From positions 912 to 64,911 of the forward strand of contig PRCZ01000002.1 in the NCBI GenBank assembly GCA_009903405.1: a DNA stretch of 64,000 nucleotides. The letters are read 5' to 3'. Below the pieces are notes generated by a model. That model searched no databases. It was not told where the DNA came from and worked only from the letters and a program-made list of their open reading frames with translations. Positions within the stretch are counted from its first letter, which is position 1. Each line of letters starts with the position of its first letter. Of this stretch, positions 48,136 to 56,040 are shown in pieces. A program made the position numbers and the translations under genes. The DNA is from Candidatus Methanophaga sp. AG-394-G06. Its GTDB lineage: Archaea > Halobacteriota > Syntropharchaeia > Alkanophagales > Methanospirareceae.

Positions 48136-48783
48136 TTATTTCCTTGCGTACCATAGGTTCGCTACATAAACCAATAGAGGTATAATGGCAAAATCTACAC
48201 TATATCCCAACAGATTTTCCGCTGTTTTGGAGGTAGTAACTATTCCAATTAGTACGATTAATACCGCTGCAAACCCTATGAAAGCAGAATAAACAATTTT
48301 AGCTCTTTCTGTTAATTTGTACATCCCGTAAAGAGTATAGAAATATGTTACAACCATTATCAAGTATGAAACGACTATTGCACTCATAAAAGAACTGGGA
48401 GACTTTTCACTTCCGACAATACCACCAATTACGAATAAAAGGGCCAAAAATCCAAAGATGCCATTTAGCACCATCAAAACTTTTCGCAATCTGATTTTTG
48501 GCACTAATGTTGACAGATCTGGACTAATCAGTTTGTATCCGGTGTAAATGATAATTATAGATGCGATAATTGCAAGGATAAGTCATATTCCTATATTTGC
48601 CCCTGCTAATGCTCCAAATGGATCTCCTTCAAGTTCACTTTCCATTTGGCGGATAGCATAAGAAACAGCGAGTAAGCTCGTTACACTGAAAATAGCCATA
48701 AGTGCACCAACACCGATTAATCCTTTTGCTTTTGTACTTGGTTTTGACATCCAAGAGATTCCAAATGCCGCTAAAGCCAACAA
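48136..48783 (-). pseudogene. Membrane protein interrupted by a single in-frame TGA (48583-48585)
   Basis: The sequence ...ALAGANIGI is followed by TGA and then LILAIIASIIIIYTGYKLISPDLSTLVPKIRLRK in the same frame. Both halves are TM-rich. Confidence 0.4.
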
Positions 48784-48818
48784 GAAATAAATGGTACCAA
48801 AATAGGTACCACTATAAG

Positions 48819-49106
48819 TTAGCTATAGAACGCATTTATATCTTTTGTAATTCCAAGAATTTGCACTGTCACCCAAGGAAGGAACGATGCTATAATTGCA
48901 AGGGCTGGACCAATGAACAGAGTTATGTCAAATTTCTTCATAACCAATTTCAAATCAGCTTTTTTCTCCTCTTCAAAAAGTTCACACACACAATCTTTAC
49001 AATAATTTTTGCCTTCAATATTCACTCTACACTCAGCGCAGATAGCTTTACCACAATTGGCGCAAACTCCTATCGCCTCGCGTTCGAGATGTTTTTCACA
49101 TTTCAT
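48819..49106 (-). CDS. B-box-like zinc-finger protein with a C-terminal TM segment
   Basis: The Cys/His cluster reads MKCEKHLEREAIGVCANCGKAICAECR...CKDCV and is followed by a hydrophobic helix. Confidence 0.45.
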   Translation of the reverse strand: MKCEKHLEREAIGVCANCGKAICAECRVNIEGKNYCKDCVCELFEEEKKADLKLVMKKFDITLFIGPALAIIASFLPWVTVQILGITKDINAFYS

Positions 49107-49222
49107 TTTTTACAGACGGGCATTTCCTTTTTAAGTCACTATACTTAAGCACGACCGCCGATAACTTAAACTACCCTATTAGCATAGGTATGACCTAGGA
49201 TTATAAAAGCTTTCCGATTTTT

Positions 49223-49760
49223 TTATTTTTGATCTTTCCCTCCAAAAAGTTTGTTATAAAGCGATGTGTACCTGTGCGCTTTAAGTTTCTCCTTTTCTTC
49301 AGCTATCACAGGAGCAGTATCTGTCTTCTCGTAACCCTTCTGCCCCGATATATACCTCTCTACCACTTCCCAGCCATGCCCTACTGAGCCATGATAACAA
49401 GAAGGCGCCCACAGATGACTCGGGCACCACTCCTTAAGCTGCGGGAATCGATCCCTCAACAGCTTACTACTTCTACCCTTTATCCGCTTCGCTATCCAGC
49501 TTACCGAATACTTCGGTGGACTGCGAAGCATTTCTGTGAAACATTTTTGATAAAACTTTTCTTAAATGTTTTGTAAACGCTTTTTCTAAAAGGGTTTTTA
49601 TGAACAAAGGTACATGATCCACATTCATTGCCATGTCTATAATCGCAATATCAAGCTCTTTGCAGGTTTCCCTGAGAATTTCTCCCGCCACCTCTGCAAC
49701 ATCCCCGAGCTATACCTTCCAGCGATATTTCAGTGAAAAACAGGAATTTCATCCCGGTAA
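49223..49760 (-). mobile_element. tnpA: Degraded IS200/IS605-family tnpA (Y1 HuH transposase) with frameshifts
   Basis: The 102-aa ORF reads SPPKYSVSWIAKRIKGRSSKLLRDRFPQLKE...HLWAPSCYHGSVGHGWEVVERYI, which matches the TnpA C-terminal half. The overlapping 72-aa ORF in another frame has DIAIIDMAMNVDHVPLF, corresponding to the HuH region. Confidence 0.6.
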
Positions 49761-49824
49761 AGTTTTCAAACAGAGCAGGGAGCAGGGAGATCAAATACAA
49801 CATTCAATTTGTAATTCATTCATA

Positions 49825-50691
49825 CTAATTTATACCATCCCACACCACCTTTATCGCATCCGATACCACCCCTTCTGCGAATTCAACCACCGGCATACCC
49901 GCAACCATCGCTTCAGTGACCACGGAGTCGTATGGTATGTTGCCAACAACTTGTATTCCTCGCTGTCTGCAAAACTCGGTAATCCTCTTGCTGTTCTCTT
50001 CATTAATGTCGTATTTATTGATGCAGACGGCGGAAGCAATACCGAAATGTCTGGTCACATCCATGATTCGTTCGAGGTCATGCAGTCCGGACATCGTGGG
50101 CTCGGTAACGATGAGCGCAAGGTCCACACCGGCCAATGACGCAATTACAGGGCAGCCGATGCCCGGCGATCCGTCAATCAGAATGAGTTCACAGCCCTCT
50201 TTTTCTGCAACCTGCTGTGCATTGTTTCTAACAACAGTGACCAGTTTTCCTGATGCCTCTTCCGCGATATTGAGCTGCGCATGCACCATTGTGCCATAGT
50301 TAGTCTTTGATATAAATGCATAGCCCGAGACACGTTCTTTCAGCGTAACCGCTTCCTGTGGACACGTAAACACACAAGCGCCACAGCCCTCACAACGTGC
50401 GGGATTGACTGCATAGCCTGATTCTTCGGTCGAAGCAATAGCGTTGAATCGACATGTTTCTTCGCACGTTCCACACTCGGAGCATAGCGTTTTATCTATA
50501 ACGGCAACTTTCACGCCTTTAAACTCCTCCTTCTTTATGATTTCCGGATGTAGCAGCAGATGGAGGTCTGGTGCGTCTACATCGCAGTCTACAATGACTT
50601 TGTTCTCTACAAGGGCCGCGAACGAGCCCACAAGGGTTGTCTTCCCCGTGCCACCTTTTCCACTAATAACCGTTATTTGTTTCATTTGCAT
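49825..50691 (-). CDS. MinD/ParA-family P-loop ATPase with an inserted 2x[4Fe-4S] ferredoxin domain (COG1149, CooC-like)
   Basis: The P-loop is ISGKGGTGKTT. Two CxxCxxCxxxCP clusters are present. Confidence 0.8.
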   Translation of the reverse strand: MQMKQITVISGKGGTGKTTLVGSFAALVENKVIVDCDVDAPDLHLLLHPEIIKKEEFKGVKVAVIDKTLCSECGTCEETCRFNAIASTEESGYAVNPARCEGCGACVFTCPQEAVTLKERVSGYAFISKTNYGTMVHAQLNIAEEASGKLVTVVRNNAQQVAEKEGCELILIDGSPGIGCPVIASLAGVDLALIVTEPTMSGLHDLERIMDVTRHFGIASAVCINKYDINEENSKRITEFCRQRGIQVVGNIPYDSVVTEAMVAGMPVVEFAEGVVSDAIKVVWDGIN

Positions 50692-50772
50692 ATACCTTTT
50701 ATAATCACAAGATTACACACATTTTTACAAAAACCCTTTTCTTAGAAAGAAAAGCTGTACCAAAAGAACTAT

Positions 50773-50850
50773 TTTTTCTTTTAGCACAGGCTAAATTTTC
50801 TTTTTTAAAAAAGAAAAAGTGTTGTGTAAATCTTGTGTAATCTCGTGGTT
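50773..50850. repeat. Intergenic repeat of about 70 bp, copy 2 (see 4565-4632)
   Basis: It is nearly identical to copy 1. It has an extra GTGTAATCT duplication at the 3' end and lies between the two MinD-ferredoxin genes. Confidence 0.7.
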
Positions 50851-51703
50851 ATAATAGAACTTTATCAATTATCCCTGCAAATCGCTCCTTCCACTCCGGC
50901 ATCGCCTTCACAAAGGGCACGCCCTCAGAATAGTAACGTGCAATCCGCGTGTCATGTGGAATCTCAAGCAAAATCGGAATCCCTTCCTTCTCGCAGTACT
51001 CATACACCTTTCGATCCCCAATCCCTGCTTTATTTATAACCATGCCAAAAGGAATCTTAAGCACTCTGAGCACCTCAACTGCAAGCCTCAAATCGTAGAG
51101 CCCAAACGGGGTGGGCTCAGTCACAAGAATGCAGTAATCGCTTCCTTGCACGGCTGCAATCACCGGGCATGCCGTTCCCGGTGATACATCAATAATCACT
51201 GTCTTTTCCGGATCAAGGTCCGCTTTTACCTGGTCGATCAGCGGTGTTGCCATTATCTCCCCGATATTCAACACCCCGTACACGAGGTCAACGTTGCCGT
51301 CACCGCTTTTTCCTGTTTTTATAACGCCGATCTCCCTCGGTTCCTCGCTGATCGCATCCTGCGGGCATACTAAGGAACATAACCCACAGCCGTGGCAAAG
51401 TTCCGGAAACAGCATTACTTCTTTTTGTGGCACCGCAACAAGAGCGTTGTATTCACACGCCGCAGCACACTTACCGCAGTAATCACACAAATCGTAATTG
51501 ACCCTTGGCACCAGCGTATACGCCGGCTTTATCTCCTCGATCACCGGATTAAGGAAGATATGTGAATTTGGCTCTTCTACATCGCAATCCATTAATTGTA
51601 CGTTCGAAAGCGACAGAGCCAGATTAACAGCTACGGTTGTCTTTCCCGTACCGCCTTTGCCGCTTGCTACCGCAATAATCATCGGTTCACCGTTTTGTTG
51701 CAT
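50849..51703 (-). CDS. MinD/ParA-family ATPase with an inserted ferredoxin domain, second paralogue
   Basis: The P-loop is ASGKGGTGKTT and Cys clusters include CDYCGKCAAAC and CHGCGLCSLVCP. The start was set at the internal Met to avoid the overlap. Confidence 0.8.
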   Translation of the reverse strand: MQQNGEPMIIAVASGKGGTGKTTVAVNLALSLSNVQLMDCDVEEPNSHIFLNPVIEEIKPAYTLVPRVNYDLCDYCGKCAAACEYNALVAVPQKEVMLFPELCHGCGLCSLVCPQDAISEEPREIGVIKTGKSGDGNVDLVYGVLNIGEIMATPLIDQVKADLDPEKTVIIDVSPGTACPVIAAVQGSDYCILVTEPTPFGLYDLRLAVEVLRVLKIPFGMVINKAGIGDRKVYEYCEKEGIPILLEIPHDTRIARYYSEGVPFVKAMPEWKERFAGIIDKVLL

Positions 51704-51714
51704 TGTGCGTCCCA

Positions 51715-52074
51715 TTAATGCCGGTGCATTTTGCACGCATTGGCATCACTAGCTTCGTTGAGTCTCCCTGCCTGAAAAGCGCTTATTGCTTCGCTTACCG
51801 TACCACTGGCGCCTACATACACCTCTATCCCCAACTGTTCAAACGCGCTTATTGCACGAGGGCCTAATCCGGAACAGAGCATTATCTCTGCACCCGCACC
51901 TGCTACGAGATCCGGTGTATTGCCTACACCGCCAAAATGTTCACCCGTGTTCTGCACAATTTCCACCTTGTTACTCACCATATCCACAACAGTAAATGTT
52001 GGTGCTCTTCCAAAATGCTCACTTACAAGATCTTCCAATCCTCCATTTCCCAATGAGGGAATGCATAGTTTCAT
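51715..52074 (-). CDS. NifX/NafY-family domain protein (stand-alone, 119 aa)
   Basis: The sequence reads MKLCIPS.........HFGRAPTFTVVD...GVGNTPDLVAGAGAEIMLCSGLGPRAISAF. Confidence 0.75.
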   Translation of the reverse strand: MKLCIPSLGNGGLEDLVSEHFGRAPTFTVVDMVSNKVEIVQNTGEHFGGVGNTPDLVAGAGAEIMLCSGLGPRAISAFEQLGIEVYVGASGTVSEAISAFQAGRLNEASDANACKMHRH

Positions 52075-52078
52075 ATGT

Positions 52079-52570
52079 TCATCTCCTCTCTTTTTTATTC
52101 CTCTTTTTATTCCTATTCTTATTCTTACTCTTATAATCTTCCAGAGCTGCTCTTAGCGTGTCCATTGCAAGCACAGAGCAATGAATGTTTTCTTCCGGTA
52201 AACCACCCAAAACGGATAAAACGTCCTTGCCCTCTACCGTGAGTGCTTCTTCGATTGTCTTACCTTTCACCAGTTCTGTAACCACGCTTCCACATGCCAT
52301 TGAAGCACCACAACCATCGGTTATGAATTTGCAATCTACGATTTTATTCTCTTCAACTTTAATATGCATCTGCAGTGTGTCTCCGCAGGGGCCGGTTACT
52401 CTGGCAGCACCACTGGGGGCTTCCAGTTCACCAACGTTTTTTGGGTTGTATGCCGCCTCAAGTGTCTTCTCAGTGTATATTCCCCTTTCCTCTTCTAATA
52501 TTTCCTCTTCCATCTTCTTGGTTAGTTCATCGAAATCGGAAGTTTCATTTTTTTCGGTTATTTTTTCCAT
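52079..52570 (-). CDS. IscU/NifU-N-like Fe-S scaffold protein with an acidic N-terminus and a polybasic C-terminal tail
   Basis: The conserved ligands are GPCGD, DGCGAS and HCS. The tail reads KSKNKNRNKKRNKKERR. Confidence 0.7.
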   Translation of the reverse strand: MEKITEKNETSDFDELTKKMEEEILEEERGIYTEKTLEAAYNPKNVGELEAPSGAARVTGPCGDTLQMHIKVEENKIVDCKFITDGCGASMACGSVVTELVKGKTIEEALTVEGKDVLSVLGGLPEENIHCSVLAMDTLRAALEDYKSKNKNRNKKRNKKERR

Positions 52571-52619
52571 TTTACCTGCATTTCATCACGCATTTTTTAA
52601 CGTTTAAATATTTACACAC

Positions 52620-52931
52620 TTATAGCTCTTCGATACTTCTTTCCATCTCTTCAACTTTGGACCTTACGACGTTTAATTGCGTTTTTAGCCTCTCTAGTAC
52701 TGGATCTCTCTGCAAAATTGGAGATGAATGTGGGGCTATTTGGATGGCACCCTTTGGACAAGCCCGTACACAAGCAGTGCAGCAGATACACCTGTTAAAA
52801 TCCACTACTGCTTTTTTATCAACAATTCCAATCGCACCGGTACAGCAAACCGCGGTGCACTTTCCACACCCTACGCATAGTTCTTCGTTAACAAAAGCTT
52901 TCCAAGCTAATGATTGTATAGATTGCTGCAT
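52620..52931 (-). CDS. 2x[4Fe-4S] ferredoxin with a C-terminal coiled-coil tail
   Basis: The clusters are [11 protein letters not shown] and [12 protein letters not shown]. The tail reads [25 protein letters not shown]. Confidence 0.75.
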   Translation of the reverse strand: MQQSIQSLAWKAFVNEELCVGCGKCTAVCCTGAIGIVDKKAVVDFNRCICCTACVRACPKGAIQIAPHSSPILQRDPVLERLKTQLNVVRSKVEEMERSIEEL

Positions 52932-52965
52932 AGCACACTAAAAAAGAAAAAGGAGCAAGAAAGAG

Positions 52966-53004
52966 CTATCTTCTCGCTTTTCCACACAGTTCGCATTTAC
53001 CCAT
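52966..53004 (-). pseudogene. Truncated copy of the 55-aa zinc-ribbon gene (12 codons, MGKCELCGKARR-stop) at the edge of duplication B
   Basis: It is homologous to the start of the 39436-39603 gene. Confidence 0.4.
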
Positions 53005-53043
53005 TCCCTTCTCCTCATGTTTCTAATTGGCCCTTTCCACTCT

Positions 53044-53361
53044 TTACTTTCTCAGTTCTTCCAGTCTCTTCTTTATCTGCTCTAACTGGTCCCCAAGCAT
53101 CTGTGCCTGCGATTCGAGCATAGAAATCTCCTGCTCTTTCGGCACTGCTGCCATGCCCATTGGTGCAACCGGTGCAACTGCTGGTGCTTGCTGCTGTATC
53201 CAAGAAGCAAACTGCGGCATCTGTCCTGTCTGTGTGAGATACTGTGCACCCGGCGGCATTCCCGTTGGGCTTCTTCCTACCCAACCCGGAGAGTATCCAA
53301 ATCGCATCCAGCCGGGTAAACCAGTCAGATAATACATGTTTCTGTGTCTATTTCCTCCCAT
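53044..53361 (-). CDS. Low-complexity Gly/Tyr/Trp/Pro/Met-rich protein (105 aa) with a coiled-coil tail (copy B)
   Basis: It differs from copy A only at residues 4-7. Positions 53040-53342 are 100% identical to 39640-39942. Confidence 0.55.
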   Translation of the reverse strand: MGGNRHRNMYYLTGLPGWMRFGYSPGWVGRSPTGMPPGAQYLTQTGQMPQFASWIQQQAPAVAPVAPMGMAAVPKEQEISMLESQAQMLGDQLEQIKKRLEELRK

Positions 53362-53388
53362 TTTTTTCTTATCGCCTCCTAATTTTTT

Positions 53389-53592
53389 TTATGGTCTCGC
53401 CATTTTAGACCCGCATTTTGGGCAGCTCTGCTGATAGCATGGCACCCCCGTTTGATGCGACATTGTATAGCCACAATTCGGGCATCGACAATCTCCGGCA
53501 GGACCCAATCCGCTGCCACCCATTCTCCCTTGCCCTTGACCTCCTCGTCCTATTCCTTGACCTCTTCCTCCTCCTCTACCCATGCCACTCAT
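53389..53592 (-). CDS. RGG-box plus zinc-ribbon miniprotein (67 aa, copy B)
   Basis: The sequence reads MSGMGRGGGRGQGIGRGGQGQGRMGG...CRCPNCG...CPKCGSK. It is identical to copy A at 62 of 67 residues. Confidence 0.55.
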   Translation of the reverse strand: MSGMGRGGGRGQGIGRGGQGQGRMGGSGLGPAGDCRCPNCGYTMSHQTGVPCYQQSCPKCGSKMARP

Positions 53593-53603
53593 CTTATTTT
53601 ACG

Positions 53604-54248
53604 TCACCTCTTTTTAAGTTCTTCTAGCCTCTTCTTCACTTCTTCCAAATCTTTCACCAGTCTATTAGCCATGTTCGATAGGTCTTCGATTTCTTCTTCT
53701 TTCGTTCGAGGCTTTATTGGTGCCTGCGGCGCTTGTGGTTGCGAAGGCAGTGGTTGCTGCATGCCAAGTCCCATACCTCTGCCCATACCTCTGCCCATGC
53801 CTTGCCCTCTACCGCCGCCTCGTCCTCCGCCCATGCCCATACCCATGCTCGTGCCCATGCCAAATCCGCCACCCGGTGCAGTAGCGCCCATACCAGCATG
53901 AGCAGCTACTGTTGAAGTACCTGTCTCACCTAACTTACCGCCTTTATACATCTCAACAGCTTCTTGTACCGTGCCATAAGCGCCTGTTCCAATTTTCACA
54001 CCAGCGGTGGACAACACTTGAAAAGCATTGGGACCTATATTCCCCGAAATGACTACATTCACACCTTTATTCACCATTGTTTGTGCCGCCTGAATTCCCG
54101 CTCCACCCGGTGCGGCAATCGCTTCGTTCGCCATCGCTTCAAATGCCATTGTCTCCGAATCTACGATTACAAAGTATTGGCACCTTCCAAACCTCGGGTC
54201 TACCTGTGCATTCAGGTCTCCTGCCGTTGCGGTTACGCATATCTTCAT
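53604..54248 (-). CDS. NifX/NafY-family domain protein with a Met/Gly/Arg-rich linker and a coiled-coil tail (copy B)
   Basis: The domain is the same as in copy A. The linker is longer (GMGTSMGMGMGGGRGGGRGQGMGRGMGRGMGLGM) and the tail reads KEEEIEDLSNMANRLVKDLEEVKKRLEELKKR. Confidence 0.8.
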   Translation of the reverse strand: MKICVTATAGDLNAQVDPRFGRCQYFVIVDSETMAFEAMANEAIAAPGGAGIQAAQTMVNKGVNVVISGNIGPNAFQVLSTAGVKIGTGAYGTVQEAVEMYKGGKLGETGTSTVAAHAGMGATAPGGGFGMGTSMGMGMGGGRGGGRGQGMGRGMGRGMGLGMQQPLPSQPQAPQAPIKPRTKEEEIEDLSNMANRLVKDLEEVKKRLEELKKR

Positions 54249-54297
54249 CTTTATCTTTCACCTTCTTCCTATAGATTTTGATTTTTTCTTCTTTATG

Positions 54298-54311
54298 TGA
54301 ATATATATTCA
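54298..54311. promoter_or_regulatory. Palindrome TGAATATATATTCA upstream of operon B, with a TATA-like TATATAAA at 54318-54325
   Basis: On the coding strand the order is TTTATATA, 6 nt, palindrome, about 45 nt, ATG. Confidence 0.5.
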
Positions 54312-54332
54312 TATGAGTATATAAATGATAGA

Positions 54333-54734
54333 CTATGATGAAACCAAAGGATCTCCACCACGCCCATGTCTCCCTCTTTTCCAGTCAGGAGACAGTTTCG
54401 AAAGGGGCACATGCGTTTCATTGTTAGCACTCAATATTACATAATTACCGCCTTCTATTCTTATTGCTTTCCCTTCAACAAAAGCTTCTGCTATCTTCCG
54501 ATGTGCTTCGCTTACTATTCGATGGAATGTAGGTTGCGAAACGCCCATTTTTTTCGCTGCTTCTTCCTGACTTAGCCGCTGATAGTCTTTAAGCCTTATG
54601 CTCTCCAGTTCTTCCACTTTCAATATCAATCTTTCATAGACCTCAGGATTAGGCGTTCTTTCACCTCGTCGTGGCTCGAAGAGGAGGAAATTTGGCTTGA
54701 CGCTTACGCACCTGCACAGTCTTCGCCCTGGCAT
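54333..54734 (-). CDS. DUF134 (UPF0251) predicted DNA-binding protein
   Basis: The N-terminus is MPGRRLCRCVSVKP. The sigma-70 region-4-like HTH reads LSQEEAAKKMGVSQPTFHRIV, followed by GKAIRIEGG. The start was set at MPGRR rather than the upstream ATG that lies inside the palindrome. Confidence 0.75.
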   Translation of the reverse strand: MPGRRLCRCVSVKPNFLLFEPRRGERTPNPEVYERLILKVEELESIRLKDYQRLSQEEAAKKMGVSQPTFHRIVSEAHRKIAEAFVEGKAIRIEGGNYVILSANNETHVPLSKLSPDWKRGRHGRGGDPLVSS

Positions 54735-54737
54735 ATA

Positions 54738-54751
54738 TGAATATATATTCA
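54738..54751. promoter_or_regulatory. Third copy of the palindrome TGAATATATATTCA, 3 nt upstream of the DUF134 start codon
   Basis: The site is seen directly in the sequence. Autoregulation is inference. Confidence 0.5.
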
Positions 54752-54852
54752 CAATACACGTTAAAGTTTCACACTTTAATTTTTTCGAGATGTTGCAATC
54801 TTGAGAATACTAGCAGTACAACATGAAAAAGTCGGATCTTCAGCAGAGTGTC

Positions 54853-56037
54853 TTAACCCCCCTTCTTACCCTTATACCCCTTATATACCTCACGTTGTAT
54901 AATAAACCGCATTATCTCATTTGTGCCCGCGGGAATCATAGACAACCTCGCCATCCGGAACGCCCATTCCGCGGGATATTCGTCTGCGAGTCCCCGGCCA
55001 CCCAATATCTGTACAGTGTTATGCGCAACTTCGTAAAACGCCTCAGAAGCAAGAAGCTTTGCCATCGCCGATTCCTGCTCTGCTTCGAACCCCCCATCAA
55101 TCAGCCTAACGGTATGATAGACCATCAACTTAGCAGCTTCTAACTTCGTCACCATGTCCGCGATTTTGAAACTTATTGCCTCGAATCGGCTTATCGCGGT
55201 CCCGAACTGCTCCCTATCCATTGAATATTCGACCGCGAGTTCTAGTATTGGTCTCGCCTCGCCAACTAACATCGCGGCATATAACACTCGCTCAATAGAT
55301 AACTCATCGAACATTACCCTTGCCCCTTCGTTCTCGCCGCCGAGCATATTTTTCCCCGGTACTCGCACATCATCAAACCTGAGATAAGAATTTACCGTGC
55401 CTGGAAACCCGCCCAGTAGCTTATAATCACGCTTCACCTCAAACCCCTTAGTGTCTGATTCCACAATGAACACGCTTATTCCCTTTGCCGGATCAACCAC
55501 AGGATTTGTTATCGCCCATACTAAGAGGACATCCGCTTTACTACCATTTGTTATGTTCCTCTTCTCTCCACAGATCAGATACTCATCGCCTTTTCGCTCT
55601 GCGCTTGTCTTGATACGCATAACGTCACTTCCCGCTTCGGGCTCAGTTATCGCAATTGCACCGATCTTAGCACCGCTTTTCATTGCAGGCAAATAGATAC
55701 TCTTCTGCTCCTCGTTACCATACCGTGCAATCGTTGCGTATGCATAAGAGGAGGTGGAATGTATCCATGCGAGCGGCACGCAAGCAGCACCAAGTTCCTC
55801 TGCCAATATCGCTTCATATACCAATTTCCCCCTGCCACCATATTCTTCGGGCAATACAGGCGCTAAGAAGCAGGCATCGCCTAGTTTAGCGTAGAGTGCT
55901 CGCGGATAAAAATCCCGTTCATATATCTCACGCTCTATCTTCTTCGCATCCACGCCCTCAAGGAACGCTCTCAGCGATTCTCTGAATTCGCTCTCAGCCG
56001 CAGAGAAAAGGATCTCTTCTTTATTTTGCATCTTCAT
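54853..56037 (-). CDS. Acyl-CoA dehydrogenase family protein
   Basis: The ACAD fold is indicated by an N-terminal helical region, a middle beta domain and the C-terminal FGGYG-like region. Confidence 0.8.
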   Translation of the reverse strand: MKMQNKEEILFSAAESEFRESLRAFLEGVDAKKIEREIYERDFYPRALYAKLGDACFLAPVLPEEYGGRGKLVYEAILAEELGAACVPLAWIHSTSSYAYATIARYGNEEQKSIYLPAMKSGAKIGAIAITEPEAGSDVMRIKTSAERKGDEYLICGEKRNITNGSKADVLLVWAITNPVVDPAKGISVFIVESDTKGFEVKRDYKLLGGFPGTVNSYLRFDDVRVPGKNMLGGENEGARVMFDELSIERVLYAAMLVGEARPILELAVEYSMDREQFGTAISRFEAISFKIADMVTKLEAAKLMVYHTVRLIDGGFEAEQESAMAKLLASEAFYEVAHNTVQILGGRGLADEYPAEWAFRMARLSMIPAGTNEIMRFIIQREVYKGYKGKKGG

Positions 56038-56040
56038 TTC

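Noticed and set aside
48583-48585. Selenocysteine at the in-frame TGA
   Set aside because: There is no Cys-type redox context and no obvious SECIS-like hairpin downstream. A nonsense mutation in a region full of decayed genes is more parsimonious.
49825-54248. A nitrogenase (nif) operon, because of NifX-like, NifU-like and CooC/NifH-like P-loop proteins
   Set aside because: There is no nifH/D/K/E/N/B. The P-loop proteins are MinD-family with ferredoxin inserts and the NifX-fold proteins are stand-alone. This matches the uncharacterised methanogen neighbourhood rather than nif.
54738-54752. DUF134 start at the ATG inside the palindrome (the 54752 ORF-track start, MNIYSY...)
   Set aside because: DUF134 proteins begin MPRPRKCRR-like. 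MPGRRLCRC at 54734 matches this, so the upstream codons are more likely operator DNA.
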